Shown one piece after another: positions 1 to 8,672 of a stretch of 64,000 bases of DNA. A program made the translations under genes and the position numbers. Numbering within the stretch: the stretch's first letter is position 1; every line of letters begins with the position of its first letter. This stretch comes from Candidatus Poribacteria bacterium. Lineage in GTDB: Bacteria > Poribacteria > WGA-4E > WGA-3G. Below the pieces are notes generated by a model. That model worked only from the letters and a program-made list of their open reading frames with translations, searched no databases and was not told where the DNA came from. The DNA lies in the NCBI GenBank assembly GCA_963664215.1, contig OY761015.1. One strand, 5' to 3'.

Positions 1-95
1 GGGTCTGAGTACTTAGCGTGTATCTGCAGATATTCTGTCTACACAGGTAAAAACTATATAAGACGAGATCCGAAAACCTCGCCTTATCATTCTGC

Positions 96-3000
96 TTAAT
101 CGTCAGCTGGAACCGCCGCACCCAATAGGTCTTCGTCTGAAACGGTTCGGAAGCGTTCCTCTGGATTTTTCAAGACAAGTCCGCGCAGATCTGTTGTGAT
201 TGCATAAAGTGCTGGCATTACAAATAGCGTCATCGTGGTTGCGAGCGCGAGCCCGAAGATGATCGTATATGCCATCGGCATCCAGATCGGAGATTTACCC
301 CCAAGACCGATCGCCATCGGCATGAGTCCGATAATTGTCGTCAGTGAGGTGAGAACAATCGGACGTAGTCGGACATATCCGCCTTTCAGGATTGCATACC
401 ACTTATTGAAACCGCGTTCGCGGAATTTATTGATGAAGTCGATAAGCACAATTGAATCATTAACGACAATACCGGAGAGCGCGACGATCCCAAACATTGC
501 GACCATGCTCAGCGTCGCATTAGCAAGGAGTAACCCGACCATCGCCCCTATCATTCCGAACGGAACAGCGAGCATAATGATAATCGGTTGGATAAACGAT
601 TTGAATTGCGCACCCAATACCACATAGATGAGCAAAAGTCCGACGATGAACAATTTCCACAACTCGGAAAAGGACTCTATAATCTCATCGAAAAGCCCTC
701 TAAAATCGAGTTGGTATCCCGGATACAGGGATTCGACATCAGAAAATGTACTGATTAATGCCTCGGTTACTTCAAAAGGGGTCGTTTTTGCCCTATCTAC
801 AGACGCATAGACCGTAACCGCCCGTTCACCGTCAAATCGGCGGATATCAGAGTATCCTTTCTCCTCTGTGATATCGGCGACATCCTTGAGCGGGACGATA
901 GCCCCAGTCGGTGTTGCAATCAACAAGTTATTCAGTTCAGCAAGATTGCCAAGTGTATCTTCCTCGTATTTGACGATGACATCAATCGCCTCGTCTGCTT
1001 CACGATACGTTGTCGCTTTAGCACCCTCAATCGCAGTGCGCACTGTTTGCGCAACTTGGAATGTGGTTAACCCATACTGATGTGCCTTCTCCGGTTTCAG
1101 ATAGATACGGAGTTCGGATTTACCCGTCCGAAAGTCATCTCGAATGTCGTAGACACCGTCCATTTCCATGAGTGATGCTTTAAGGGTATCCGCGAGTGCT
1201 GTCAGTTGCTCAAATCTCGGTCCCTTTACCTTGACTTCAACATCCTCACCTTGTGGAGGACCGCCTTCCTGTGTGATGAAATTCAGTTCCTCGATTCCGC
1301 TAATGGTTGTGGTTTTCGTCCGTAGTTCTGCGATGATGTCATCTACACCGCGAGTGCGCTCCTGTTTGGGTGTTAGCTCAATAATAACCTCACCGAAATT
1401 GGATCCATACGTGACGCCTTCCATCAAAGCGCCAGTCGGCGTATGTAACCCGATATTGCTGACGATTGCCGCGACTTCACTGGATGGAAGTGTTTTGGCG
1501 GCTTCTTCAATCTGTGCTACCACAGCAGTTGTTTCTTGCATGCCGTAAGAAGGTGGCATCTCGGCTTTGACGTAAAATTGAGGGAAATCTTCACCGGGGA
1601 AAAGTTCCCTATCGAGGACTAAAAATGCACCGACACACGCGATTAAGCCGATAAAGAAGACACTGCCTACAAAAGCATACCGATGTCGAATCGTTATTTT
1701 CAAGATTCGGATATATCGGTTCCTGATAAAGTCAAAAAACAGACCGAACGATGCGAAAAAGCCTGTGATGTAGGCACTGAGGGCAAAGGTATTCGGTGAT
1801 CGAGTGCGGAGATTTTCAAATCTGCTTCGGCCTGTCTGGGTTCTCGCTTTTCCCCACTCAGAAACGTGCGCAGGTAAAATCACGAACACTTCAAAGAGAG
1901 AAGCAATCAATACCAGAATCGCCATGATGGGAACGACTCGCATAAACTGTCCAGGTACACCCGACATAAACATCAGCGGACCGAACGCACAGATCGTCGT
2001 CAAACTGGCGGCTAAGACGGGCCATCCAACCTCTTCTGCACCCCGAATAGCAGCAACTTTTGGTGGCTCGCCTCTTTCAATATGCCGGTAGATGTTCTCT
2101 ATAACAACGATAGCATCGTCAACAACAATCCCGACAACTAAAATAAGTCCGAACAGGGAGACACCGCTGAGTGTGTAGCCACCCACGGACATAAACCAAA
2201 ACGTTGCCATGAACGCAACAGGTATGCCGAGTGCAGCGAACACGGCATTCCGCCAGCCGATAAAAAGGAAGAGCATAAACACTACAAGGATCAAACCAAA
2301 AAACGCATTTGTTTCAAGGATCCCCAACCGTTCCTTGAGAATAACCGAATAGTCGTTAACCGGTGTTAACTCAGCACCTTCAGGAAGATCCGCTCTCCGT
2401 TTTGCAACCAATTCCCGGAGTTGGGCGACTAACGCGATGGTGTTTCCCTCAGTCTTTTTCTGCACACTTAGGCTGATAGAGGGTTCCGCATTAATCCGGG
2501 AGAGGGTTCTTGCCTCCTCGTAGGTATCCGACACAGTCGCGACATCCTTCAAGCGGAGCGGTGTACCCGTCGGTTGAACGGAGATGATGGTTTCACCGAT
2601 CGTTTCTGGATTGGCGAATTCGCCCATCGTCCGGACCATGAATTCTGTGTTCCCAAGTTCCATGGTGCCAGCTGGCAGGTTTAAGTTGCTCGCACCAACT
2701 GCAGTGATAACCATCGCAATCGGAATCTGATACGCTTTCAATCGATCGGGGTTCACCTCAATCCATATTTCCCGTTCACGCAGACCCGCTATCCGGACAG
2801 ACGCAACGTTTTTGATGTCCAAGATTTCGTCTTTGAGATTTTCGGCAATGTCGCGCATCTGTGTTTCCGAAATTTTCCCGCCTACAGCAATCGTGAGCAT
2901 CGGGAAGCCGGACGAGACATCAAGTTCTTCAACCTTTGGGTCGTCGAGAATCTCTTCTGGCAGTTCGTTCACTTGTTCTACAGCAGTGCGAAGGTTCTCG

Positions 3001-3323
3001 AGTTCCTTGTCGAAATCTCGGTCGCTCAGTTCTTCAAAGTCAACGGAAATAACAGATCTGCCTTCAGAAGAGTTGGAGAACAGCAAATTGATTTTGCTGA
3101 CGTTCTCCTCGATAGCGTCTTCAATAGGGGCAGTGACAAGTTTTTCAACTTCCTCCGGCGAGGCACCCGGGTACAATGTCGTCACAGTCGCGCTCTGTAA
3201 GGCGATTTCAGGCGTGAGTTCTCGGGGTAGGTTTATCCAGGCATATATCCCGAAAGCGATGATGATGATCATTAGCATGTTCGCTAAAACGGGATTGTTC
3301 ACGGATATTTTGGGGATGGACAT
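96..3323 (-). CDS. RND family multidrug efflux permease (AcrB/HAE1-like), 1075 aa
   Basis: Full-length ORF with the typical AcrB N-terminus (MSIPKISVNNPVLANMLMIIII...) and 12-TM/large periplasmic loop architecture. No membrane-fusion partner gene is visible inside the window. Confidence 0.9.
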   Translation of the reverse strand: MSIPKISVNNPVLANMLMIIIIAFGIYAWINLPRELTPEIALQSATVTTLYPGASPEEVEKLVTAPIEDAIEENVSKINLLFSNSSEGRSVISVDFEELSDRDFDKELENLRTAVEQVNELPEEILDDPKVEELDVSSGFPMLTIAVGGKISETQMRDIAENLKDEILDIKNVASVRIAGLREREIWIEVNPDRLKAYQIPIAMVITAVGASNLNLPAGTMELGNTEFMVRTMGEFANPETIGETIISVQPTGTPLRLKDVATVSDTYEEARTLSRINAEPSISLSVQKKTEGNTIALVAQLRELVAKRRADLPEGAELTPVNDYSVILKERLGILETNAFFGLILVVFMLFLFIGWRNAVFAALGIPVAFMATFWFMSVGGYTLSGVSLFGLILVVGIVVDDAIVVIENIYRHIERGEPPKVAAIRGAEEVGWPVLAASLTTICAFGPLMFMSGVPGQFMRVVPIMAILVLIASLFEVFVILPAHVSEWGKARTQTGRSRFENLRTRSPNTFALSAYITGFFASFGLFFDFIRNRYIRILKITIRHRYAFVGSVFFIGLIACVGAFLVLDRELFPGEDFPQFYVKAEMPPSYGMQETTAVVAQIEEAAKTLPSSEVAAIVSNIGLHTPTGALMEGVTYGSNFGEVIIELTPKQERTRGVDDIIAELRTKTTTISGIEELNFITQEGGPPQGEDVEVKVKGPRFEQLTALADTLKASLMEMDGVYDIRDDFRTGKSELRIYLKPEKAHQYGLTTFQVAQTVRTAIEGAKATTYREADEAIDVIVKYEEDTLGNLAELNNLLIATPTGAIVPLKDVADITEEKGYSDIRRFDGERAVTVYASVDRAKTTPFEVTEALISTFSDVESLYPGYQLDFRGLFDEIIESFSELWKLFIVGLLLIYVVLGAQFKSFIQPIIIMLAVPFGMIGAMVGLLLANATLSMVAMFGIVALSGIVVNDSIVLIDFINKFRERGFNKWYAILKGGYVRLRPIVLTSLTTIIGLMPMAIGLGGKSPIWMPMAYTIIFGLALATTMTLFVMPALYAITTDLRGLVLKNPEERFRTVSDEDLLGAAVPADD

Positions 3324-3511
3324 GACGGTGGAATTTCTCCTTATTCTTTGGCTTTGTATTCCCTAAGCGCAGTTAAGCGGGGTCTTTTGAAACGATTCGA
3401 TTTCGATTAAGATGTATTTAGGGGCAGTGCTTGCACCACCCCATTTTAAATCCGTTGGTGTGTTGGACAGATTCCCTTTTCTCTCTGTAGGAAAACACAG
3501 TCCACCCAAGA

Positions 3512-4276
3512 TTATCGACTCGCTTTAAGCGTGCTCCATGTTGTCGCTAACTTGCCATTTGGAGCAACTTCCAAAGGTTCGATCCCTTCGCCTTCAATGG
3601 AGAGTGTGTCAACAAGAAAAGTGACCGTTTGACCGCCCCAACTGTTCATGAATCCGATCCCGACACGCTCTACATCAAACTTGTGGTTCCACGTTTTGTT
3701 TCCAGAGAGGGTCCAGTCATCTTTTTCACTTTCGCGGTAGTAGCCGGAAAACAGATCGTCCTCTTTAACGATCTTGAGGTGAAGTGGGACATCAAAGCCG
3801 GTCTGGAAGTGTCCTTTATCTTGCCAACCGCCTTGAACCATGCTTCCGATCAAGGTTTTTTGTGGTTGGTTGGCTTCGCCACCGAACAGCAGACAGGCGT
3901 AGTTCAAGTCTTCATCGCTGTAGAGGAAAATACCGATCCATGAGTCGGCGGGTTTATCCGGTTCGGTCGAAAAAATCCCACTCACCGTTATATTTTTCGC
4001 CGCACTTTTCGGAATTTCCCGTTCAAGCATCGGTTTATCGGGAGTGGTGTGCCCCCAACCGCCCTTTGGATTGGTCATCTGTAAGAAGCCATCTTTGACT
4101 TCAAACGTCGTAACTTTGTCGCGATAGTCGCGGAATTCCCAGCCTTCAACGAGTTCGGTACCATCAAAGGGATCCGTCCATACACCGGCAGGGACTATCC
4201 CGACGGTGCTGTACAACAAAATTCCGCATACGAGAATCATAATTCGCATGAAAATTCTCCTTTTGATTTGAGACAT
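3512..4276 (-). CDS. secreted jellyroll protein, DUF1080/LamG-like (3-keto-disaccharide hydrolase-like family)
   Basis: N-terminal signal peptide. DGTELVEGWEF...FEVKDGFLQMTN pattern typical of DUF1080 concanavalin-like proteins. C-terminal tail GKLATTWSTLKASR is shared with the downstream paralog. Confidence 0.5.
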   Translation of the reverse strand: MSQIKRRIFMRIMILVCGILLYSTVGIVPAGVWTDPFDGTELVEGWEFRDYRDKVTTFEVKDGFLQMTNPKGGWGHTTPDKPMLEREIPKSAAKNITVSGIFSTEPDKPADSWIGIFLYSDEDLNYACLLFGGEANQPQKTLIGSMVQGGWQDKGHFQTGFDVPLHLKIVKEDDLFSGYYRESEKDDWTLSGNKTWNHKFDVERVGIGFMNSWGGQTVTFLVDTLSIEGEGIEPLEVAPNGKLATTWSTLKASR

Positions 4277-4398
4277 TATAACATGTAACCAAAGTTGCTA
4301 CTTACAAGAATTTAGACAGACATACACCGGTTTTGTTTAAAAACACAAGAAATTTTCATGCGTGTCGTAAGACAACGCACTTCCACAGTTGCGGATTA

Positions 4399-5175
4399 TC
4401 AGTTCGCCTTGAGCGTTGCCCAGGTTGTGGTCAGTTTGCCTACTGGTTCAACGTCTAACCCACCCAGTGCTTTCGCTAATCCGTGTTCCACAATGGTTGT
4501 GAGATCGTCTTCACTGAGGATGGTGTTGAAGATGGCGGCTTCATCAATAATACCTACGAAATACGAACCGCCCCCCCATTTGCCAATCTCAACAGGGTTC
4601 GCAGTGACAGCGGTTTTCCCAGGACGTGTGCTCGTCCCGGCTTTTTTACCATTTACATACACAACGAGTTGCTCGTTCTTCTCATTGATATCGTAAGTTG
4701 CTGCGAAGTGGATCCATTTCTTTTCGTCAGGAACGTGTGAGGAGGCTCGCGGTTCCCAACTCCCACCCGGTTTGACAAACGCTGACATTTTATTCCCTTC
4801 CTGTGGCGGATCGATACGCAAGAGATATTCGTTACTTTTAGCAATGAGTTGCCGCCAAGTGGAAATATCTGTGGCAAAAAACCACGCCATCATCGTGAGT
4901 TCTTCACCGAGTTGGAGTTCCGGTGTCGAGTCGATAGATACCCACTGTGCACCATCAAACTCAAGTCCTTTCCCGATTTTTCCGTCTTTCCACTTAGCAC
5001 CGTTGATTGTGCCATCGTGTCCGAGTCCTGAAGAATCTTTGGTTGTTTTGCCTGCGCCTTCATCAAAGAGCCAGACACCGACGGCTGTTTCAGGGTCGAT
5101 TTTGGCAACGCAGGTGTGTGGTAGTATCCAAGCAATGGAACAGACAATTCCTAAAACTAAGATCATTTTTCGCAT
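4399..5175 (-). CDS. secreted LamG-like jellyroll (concanavalin A-like lectin/glucanase) domain protein
   Basis: Signal peptide. VWLFDEGAGKTTKDSSGLGHDGTINGAKWKDGKIGKGLEFDG is a classic Laminin_G_3 motif. C-terminal tail GKLTTTWATLKAN. Confidence 0.6.
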   Translation of the reverse strand: MRKMILVLGIVCSIAWILPHTCVAKIDPETAVGVWLFDEGAGKTTKDSSGLGHDGTINGAKWKDGKIGKGLEFDGAQWVSIDSTPELQLGEELTMMAWFFATDISTWRQLIAKSNEYLLRIDPPQEGNKMSAFVKPGGSWEPRASSHVPDEKKWIHFAATYDINEKNEQLVVYVNGKKAGTSTRPGKTAVTANPVEIGKWGGGSYFVGIIDEAAIFNTILSEDDLTTIVEHGLAKALGGLDVEPVGKLTTTWATLKAN

Positions 5176-5368
5176 CTATATCTCCTTCATTTCTATCTTT
5201 AAAAGGTCGTTTGATTGCTAAATTGCGGTAGATTGTATCCTATCTTATAATTATAACATGTTATAGGGGACGCTAACAAGTGAAGGAAGATTTTGGAGAC
5301 ACCCCTCGTGTTTCTAATTGGACATGCAACCGAAATTGTGGTAAACTAAGTACAATAGTAATTAGAAA

Positions 5369-6826
5369 TTGCTCCATGGAAGGATATGGACTATGGACCC
5401 AAAAGAACAACTTGTTGCTGATCTTACGACGCTCCTTGGGCCTAAAAATGTCTTAACGGATGCAACCGCACTCTCGGTATATGAATGCGATGCCGCCCCC
5501 TCTTTTAAGGCGATGCCAGATGTCGTTGTCTTCGCGGATACGGCACAGCAGGTATCGGATATCGTGAAGTTGGCGAATAAATACGATACGCCGTTTATCG
5601 CCCGTGGCGGCGGGACCGGCTTGAGCGGGGGTATGCTCTCTGTCCGGGGTGGGATTATCATTGCGCTCAACCGGATGGATCGTATCCTGGAAGTAGATCT
5701 GGAAAATGAACGGGCAGTGATTGAACCCGGGGTCGTGAATCTCTTGTTAACACAGGCGGTACAGAACCGAGGCTATCACTACGCACCGGATCCGTCAAGC
5801 CAGAAGGCATGCACAATCGGTGGGAATATCGCCGAAAATTCCGGTGGACCCCATACCTTGAAATACGGTGTTACATCCGACCATGTGCTTGGCTTGGAGG
5901 TCGTTTTGCCGGATGGTGAAATTGTTGAATTAGGGGGCGCTGTTGAAGAAACACCCGGCTACGATCTACGCGGTGTGATGATCGGCTCCGAAGGCACATT
6001 TGGAATCGTAACGAAAGCGATCGTCCGGCTTACCCGGAATCCGCAGGCGTACCAAACCGCTCTCGCCGTTTTTGAGACAATGGACGATGCTTCCAACGCC
6101 GTCTCGACAATTATCGGTGAAGGTATTATTCCGGCAGCACTTGAAATGATGGACACGCTCGTCATTCGTGCTTTAGAGGAGGCATTCCAGTTCGGTTTCC
6201 CGCTTGATGCCGAAGCGATTCTGATTGTGGAACTTGATGGTATTGAAGCCGGAATGCAGAACCAGACCGATCAGATCCTGGAAATCTTCAAACAGCACAA
6301 CGCCCGGAAAGTGGATTATGCTAAAGATGAAACGGAGCGGCAGCAACTTTGGAAGGCACGAAAAAGCGCGTTCGGTTCATTCGGACGACTGGCGCCGAAC
6401 TACATTACCCAAGATGGTGTGGTGCCACGGACGACGCTGCCGAAAGTGCTCCGGCGAATCTCTGAGATCTCTGAAAAGTATCAGATTCCCATCGCAAATG
6501 TGTTCCATGCAGGCGACGGCAACATTCATCCCATCGTTCTCTTTAACGAACGAGACGCTGACCAGTGTGAACGTGTAGAGCATGTTAACAAAGAAATCCT
6601 GACGGTCTGTGCGGAAGTCGGTGGCACAATCACAGGAGAACACGGCATCGGCGTCGAAAAAATGGATTACATGCCCCTCATTTTCAGTTCTGCCGATATG
6701 CAAGTGATGGCGACGGTCAAAAAGGTCTTTAATCCTATGGACCTCTGCAATCCGGGAAAGATTTTTCCCACAGCCGAATCCTATGAGAAGTTAGGTTTGC
6801 AACCAGATGGGGCTCTTTATTCATAA
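5369..6826 (+). CDS. glcD: FAD-linked oxidase, glycolate oxidase subunit GlcD-like / D-lactate dehydrogenase family
   Basis: FAD-binding PCMH domain motifs (ARGGGTGLSGG) and C-terminal FAD-oxidase domain. The ORF track start at 5369 is TTG; the in-frame ATG at 5393 (MDPKEQ...) is the more likely start. Confidence 0.8.
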   Translation: MLHGRIWTMDPKEQLVADLTTLLGPKNVLTDATALSVYECDAAPSFKAMPDVVVFADTAQQVSDIVKLANKYDTPFIARGGGTGLSGGMLSVRGGIIIALNRMDRILEVDLENERAVIEPGVVNLLLTQAVQNRGYHYAPDPSSQKACTIGGNIAENSGGPHTLKYGVTSDHVLGLEVVLPDGEIVELGGAVEETPGYDLRGVMIGSEGTFGIVTKAIVRLTRNPQAYQTALAVFETMDDASNAVSTIIGEGIIPAALEMMDTLVIRALEEAFQFGFPLDAEAILIVELDGIEAGMQNQTDQILEIFKQHNARKVDYAKDETERQQLWKARKSAFGSFGRLAPNYITQDGVVPRTTLPKVLRRISEISEKYQIPIANVFHAGDGNIHPIVLFNERDADQCERVEHVNKEILTVCAEVGGTITGEHGIGVEKMDYMPLIFSSADMQVMATVKKVFNPMDLCNPGKIFPTAESYEKLGLQPDGALYS

Positions 6827-6865
6827 TCCATAGGTGTCAATTTAAGGAAAGAGCAACTTTGATTC

Positions 6866-6903
6866 CCAGGTCCGGTAGGAACGGTTTCCTAACCGTACCG
6901 AGA
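6866..6903. repeat. family-3 core fragment CCGGTAGGAACGGTTTCCTAACCGTACC
   Basis: GTAG + hairpin ACGGTT/AACCGT. Lies in the glcD-glcE intergenic spacer. Confidence 0.55.
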
Positions 6904-7090
6904 CTTAGTTCTAAACCGTGCGACCTATAACCGTTTCTTGAGTCCTGTAAGGGTAATATCTTCGGGGTTCTTAGTGAACCGAGATTTAAAGCACCAAAAG
7001 CATTAGCCCGTAATGTAATGGAGGGCGGATTTAAGGAAGGTACTCGATACTTCAGGCGCACGTTGTTTAACCGCAAGGAAAATTAAAAGA

Positions 7091-8413
7091 TTGTACGATG
7101 AACTTAAACAGGTTGTCGGCGAACCCAACATCCTCTCGGAGGAACAGGTCGCAGCCTACGCTTTTGATGGATACATCCCGAAGGCAGTCGTTTTACCAAC
7201 ATCTGTCCACGAGGTGCAAGAGGTCCTCCAATTCGCAGGAGAACGAAATTTATCGGTTATGCCTGCGGGTGCGGGTACGAAACTGGGTATTGGAAATCTG
7301 CCACAGAAAGTAGATGTGGTACTGGCGACGACGTCTCTGAGCAGTGTGGTGGAATACGAACCCGCGGATTTAACTGTAACCGTGGAAGCGGGTATCCGCT
7401 TGAAGGACCTCCAGACCGAGTTGGCAAAGCATCGTCAGTATCTGGTGTTGAATCCACCGTATGCAGACCGGTGTACCATTGGTGGGATTGTCGCAACAAA
7501 CGCCAGTGGCTCTTTCCGTTTACGGCATGGAACCGCCCGAAATCAGGTCTTGGGTTTACGGGTTGTTCGCGCCGACGGCACAGTCGTCAAAAGTGGTGGC
7601 AAAGTGGTGAAAAATGTCGCTGGCTACGATCTGAACAAACTCTATATTGGTGGGTTTGGGACACTCGGTATCATTACCGAAGTGACCCTCAAGTTGTCTC
7701 CTATACCTGTACGACAAGCGATACTTACAGCGGACTTTCAGAACATTCAAGATGCCGCGGACACAGGTTTGGCTATTGTCGGTTCGCAAATATTGCCGAT
7801 GTTTGTAAATCTGTTCGTCAATGCAGATCCAACGCACGCGAAAACCGAGACACCCACAGATGAAGATAAACCGATGCTAACAGTTGGATTCGGTGGAGAT
7901 CCCGAAACAGTCGCGTGGCAATTGACGCAGTGCCAAGGAATTATGGAACAAAACGGTGCAATAGGTGTTACAATTGTTAAGGACGAATCGTTACAGCACC
8001 TTCAGGAAGCTGTTCAGGAATTCTCCGCAGAAAACAAAAATACCGAAAGAGTGATCGCCAAATTGAACCTCAAACGCACCGATCTCACAGAATTTGCTGC
8101 ACGAATTGTGGAGGCGAATTGGGCTAATGACGTCCAGATCATGGCGTTACTCGGCAGTGGTGTTCTGTATGTCACGATTCCGGTAGCATCCGACACGGAT
8201 TACCCATCGCTTGCGAATGCTCTGACGCAGTTGCGTCGAACTGCAATGTCGAAGCAGGGAAATCTCATCATAGAAGTTGCACCACCTGAACTCAAACAGC
8301 ACATTGATGTTTGGGGTTCCGTTGAAGGAACGCTCAGTTTAATGAAACAGATTAAAGCGAAATTCGATCCGACGGGTTTGTTGAATCCGGGACGGTTTGT
8401 TTCGAGTATTTAG
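7091..8413 (+). CDS. glcE: FAD-binding oxidase, glycolate oxidase subunit GlcE-like
   Basis: FAD-binding PCMH domain (MPAGAGTKLGIG). Adjacent to and co-oriented with the glcD-like gene. No glcF (Fe-S subunit) follows. Confidence 0.75.
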   Translation: MYDELKQVVGEPNILSEEQVAAYAFDGYIPKAVVLPTSVHEVQEVLQFAGERNLSVMPAGAGTKLGIGNLPQKVDVVLATTSLSSVVEYEPADLTVTVEAGIRLKDLQTELAKHRQYLVLNPPYADRCTIGGIVATNASGSFRLRHGTARNQVLGLRVVRADGTVVKSGGKVVKNVAGYDLNKLYIGGFGTLGIITEVTLKLSPIPVRQAILTADFQNIQDAADTGLAIVGSQILPMFVNLFVNADPTHAKTETPTDEDKPMLTVGFGGDPETVAWQLTQCQGIMEQNGAIGVTIVKDESLQHLQEAVQEFSAENKNTERVIAKLNLKRTDLTEFAARIVEANWANDVQIMALLGSGVLYVTIPVASDTDYPSLANALTQLRRTAMSKQGNLIIEVAPPELKQHIDVWGSVEGTLSLMKQIKAKFDPTGLLNPGRFVSSI

Positions 8414-8525
8414 TTTTGTTTGCTTCAGCAGGATAGAACAACGCGCTTTTTTGCTTTTTGTTGGAGGATTCACAACTGCTCACCCCGAAGACATCGGGCA
8501 AGTAATAGGGTGCCCGTTTATCAGT

Positions 8526-8626
8526 GGTAAACCAAAAAAATAAGCAGACATTCTTCCCTCCTTGGTAGGCGAGGTTTCTAACCTCGCTGGTGCAGAGTGT
8601 CCAATTAATTCTAAAGTTTACCAAAG
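8526..8626. repeat. family-3 palindromic MITE-like element (about 100 nt) with central GTAG-hairpin
   Basis: TGGTAAACCAAAAAAATAAGCAGACATT...GGTAGGCGAGGTTTCTAACCTCGC...GTGTCCAATTAATTCTAAAGTTTACCA. Outer arms are inverted repeats of each other. Core hairpin GCGAGGTT/AACCTCGC. Confidence 0.75.
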
Positions 8627-8672
8627 ATGTAGGGCGAATTTGCGAACCTACATTCCAAAAAGGGGGCATAGT

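Noticed and set aside
235-3366. Multiple plus-strand ORFs (for example 235..627, 1168..1548 and 2812..3366) inside the RND transporter gene
   Set aside because: They are antisense to a confidently identified 1075-aa gene and are low-complexity S/T/P-rich translations typical of shadow ORFs.
8562-8672. Longer N-terminal extension of the PglZ ORF (MVGEVSNLAGAECPINSKVYQRC...)
   Set aside because: The extension is the translation of a family-3 repeat element. A good RBS+ATG at 8673 begins the receiver domain.
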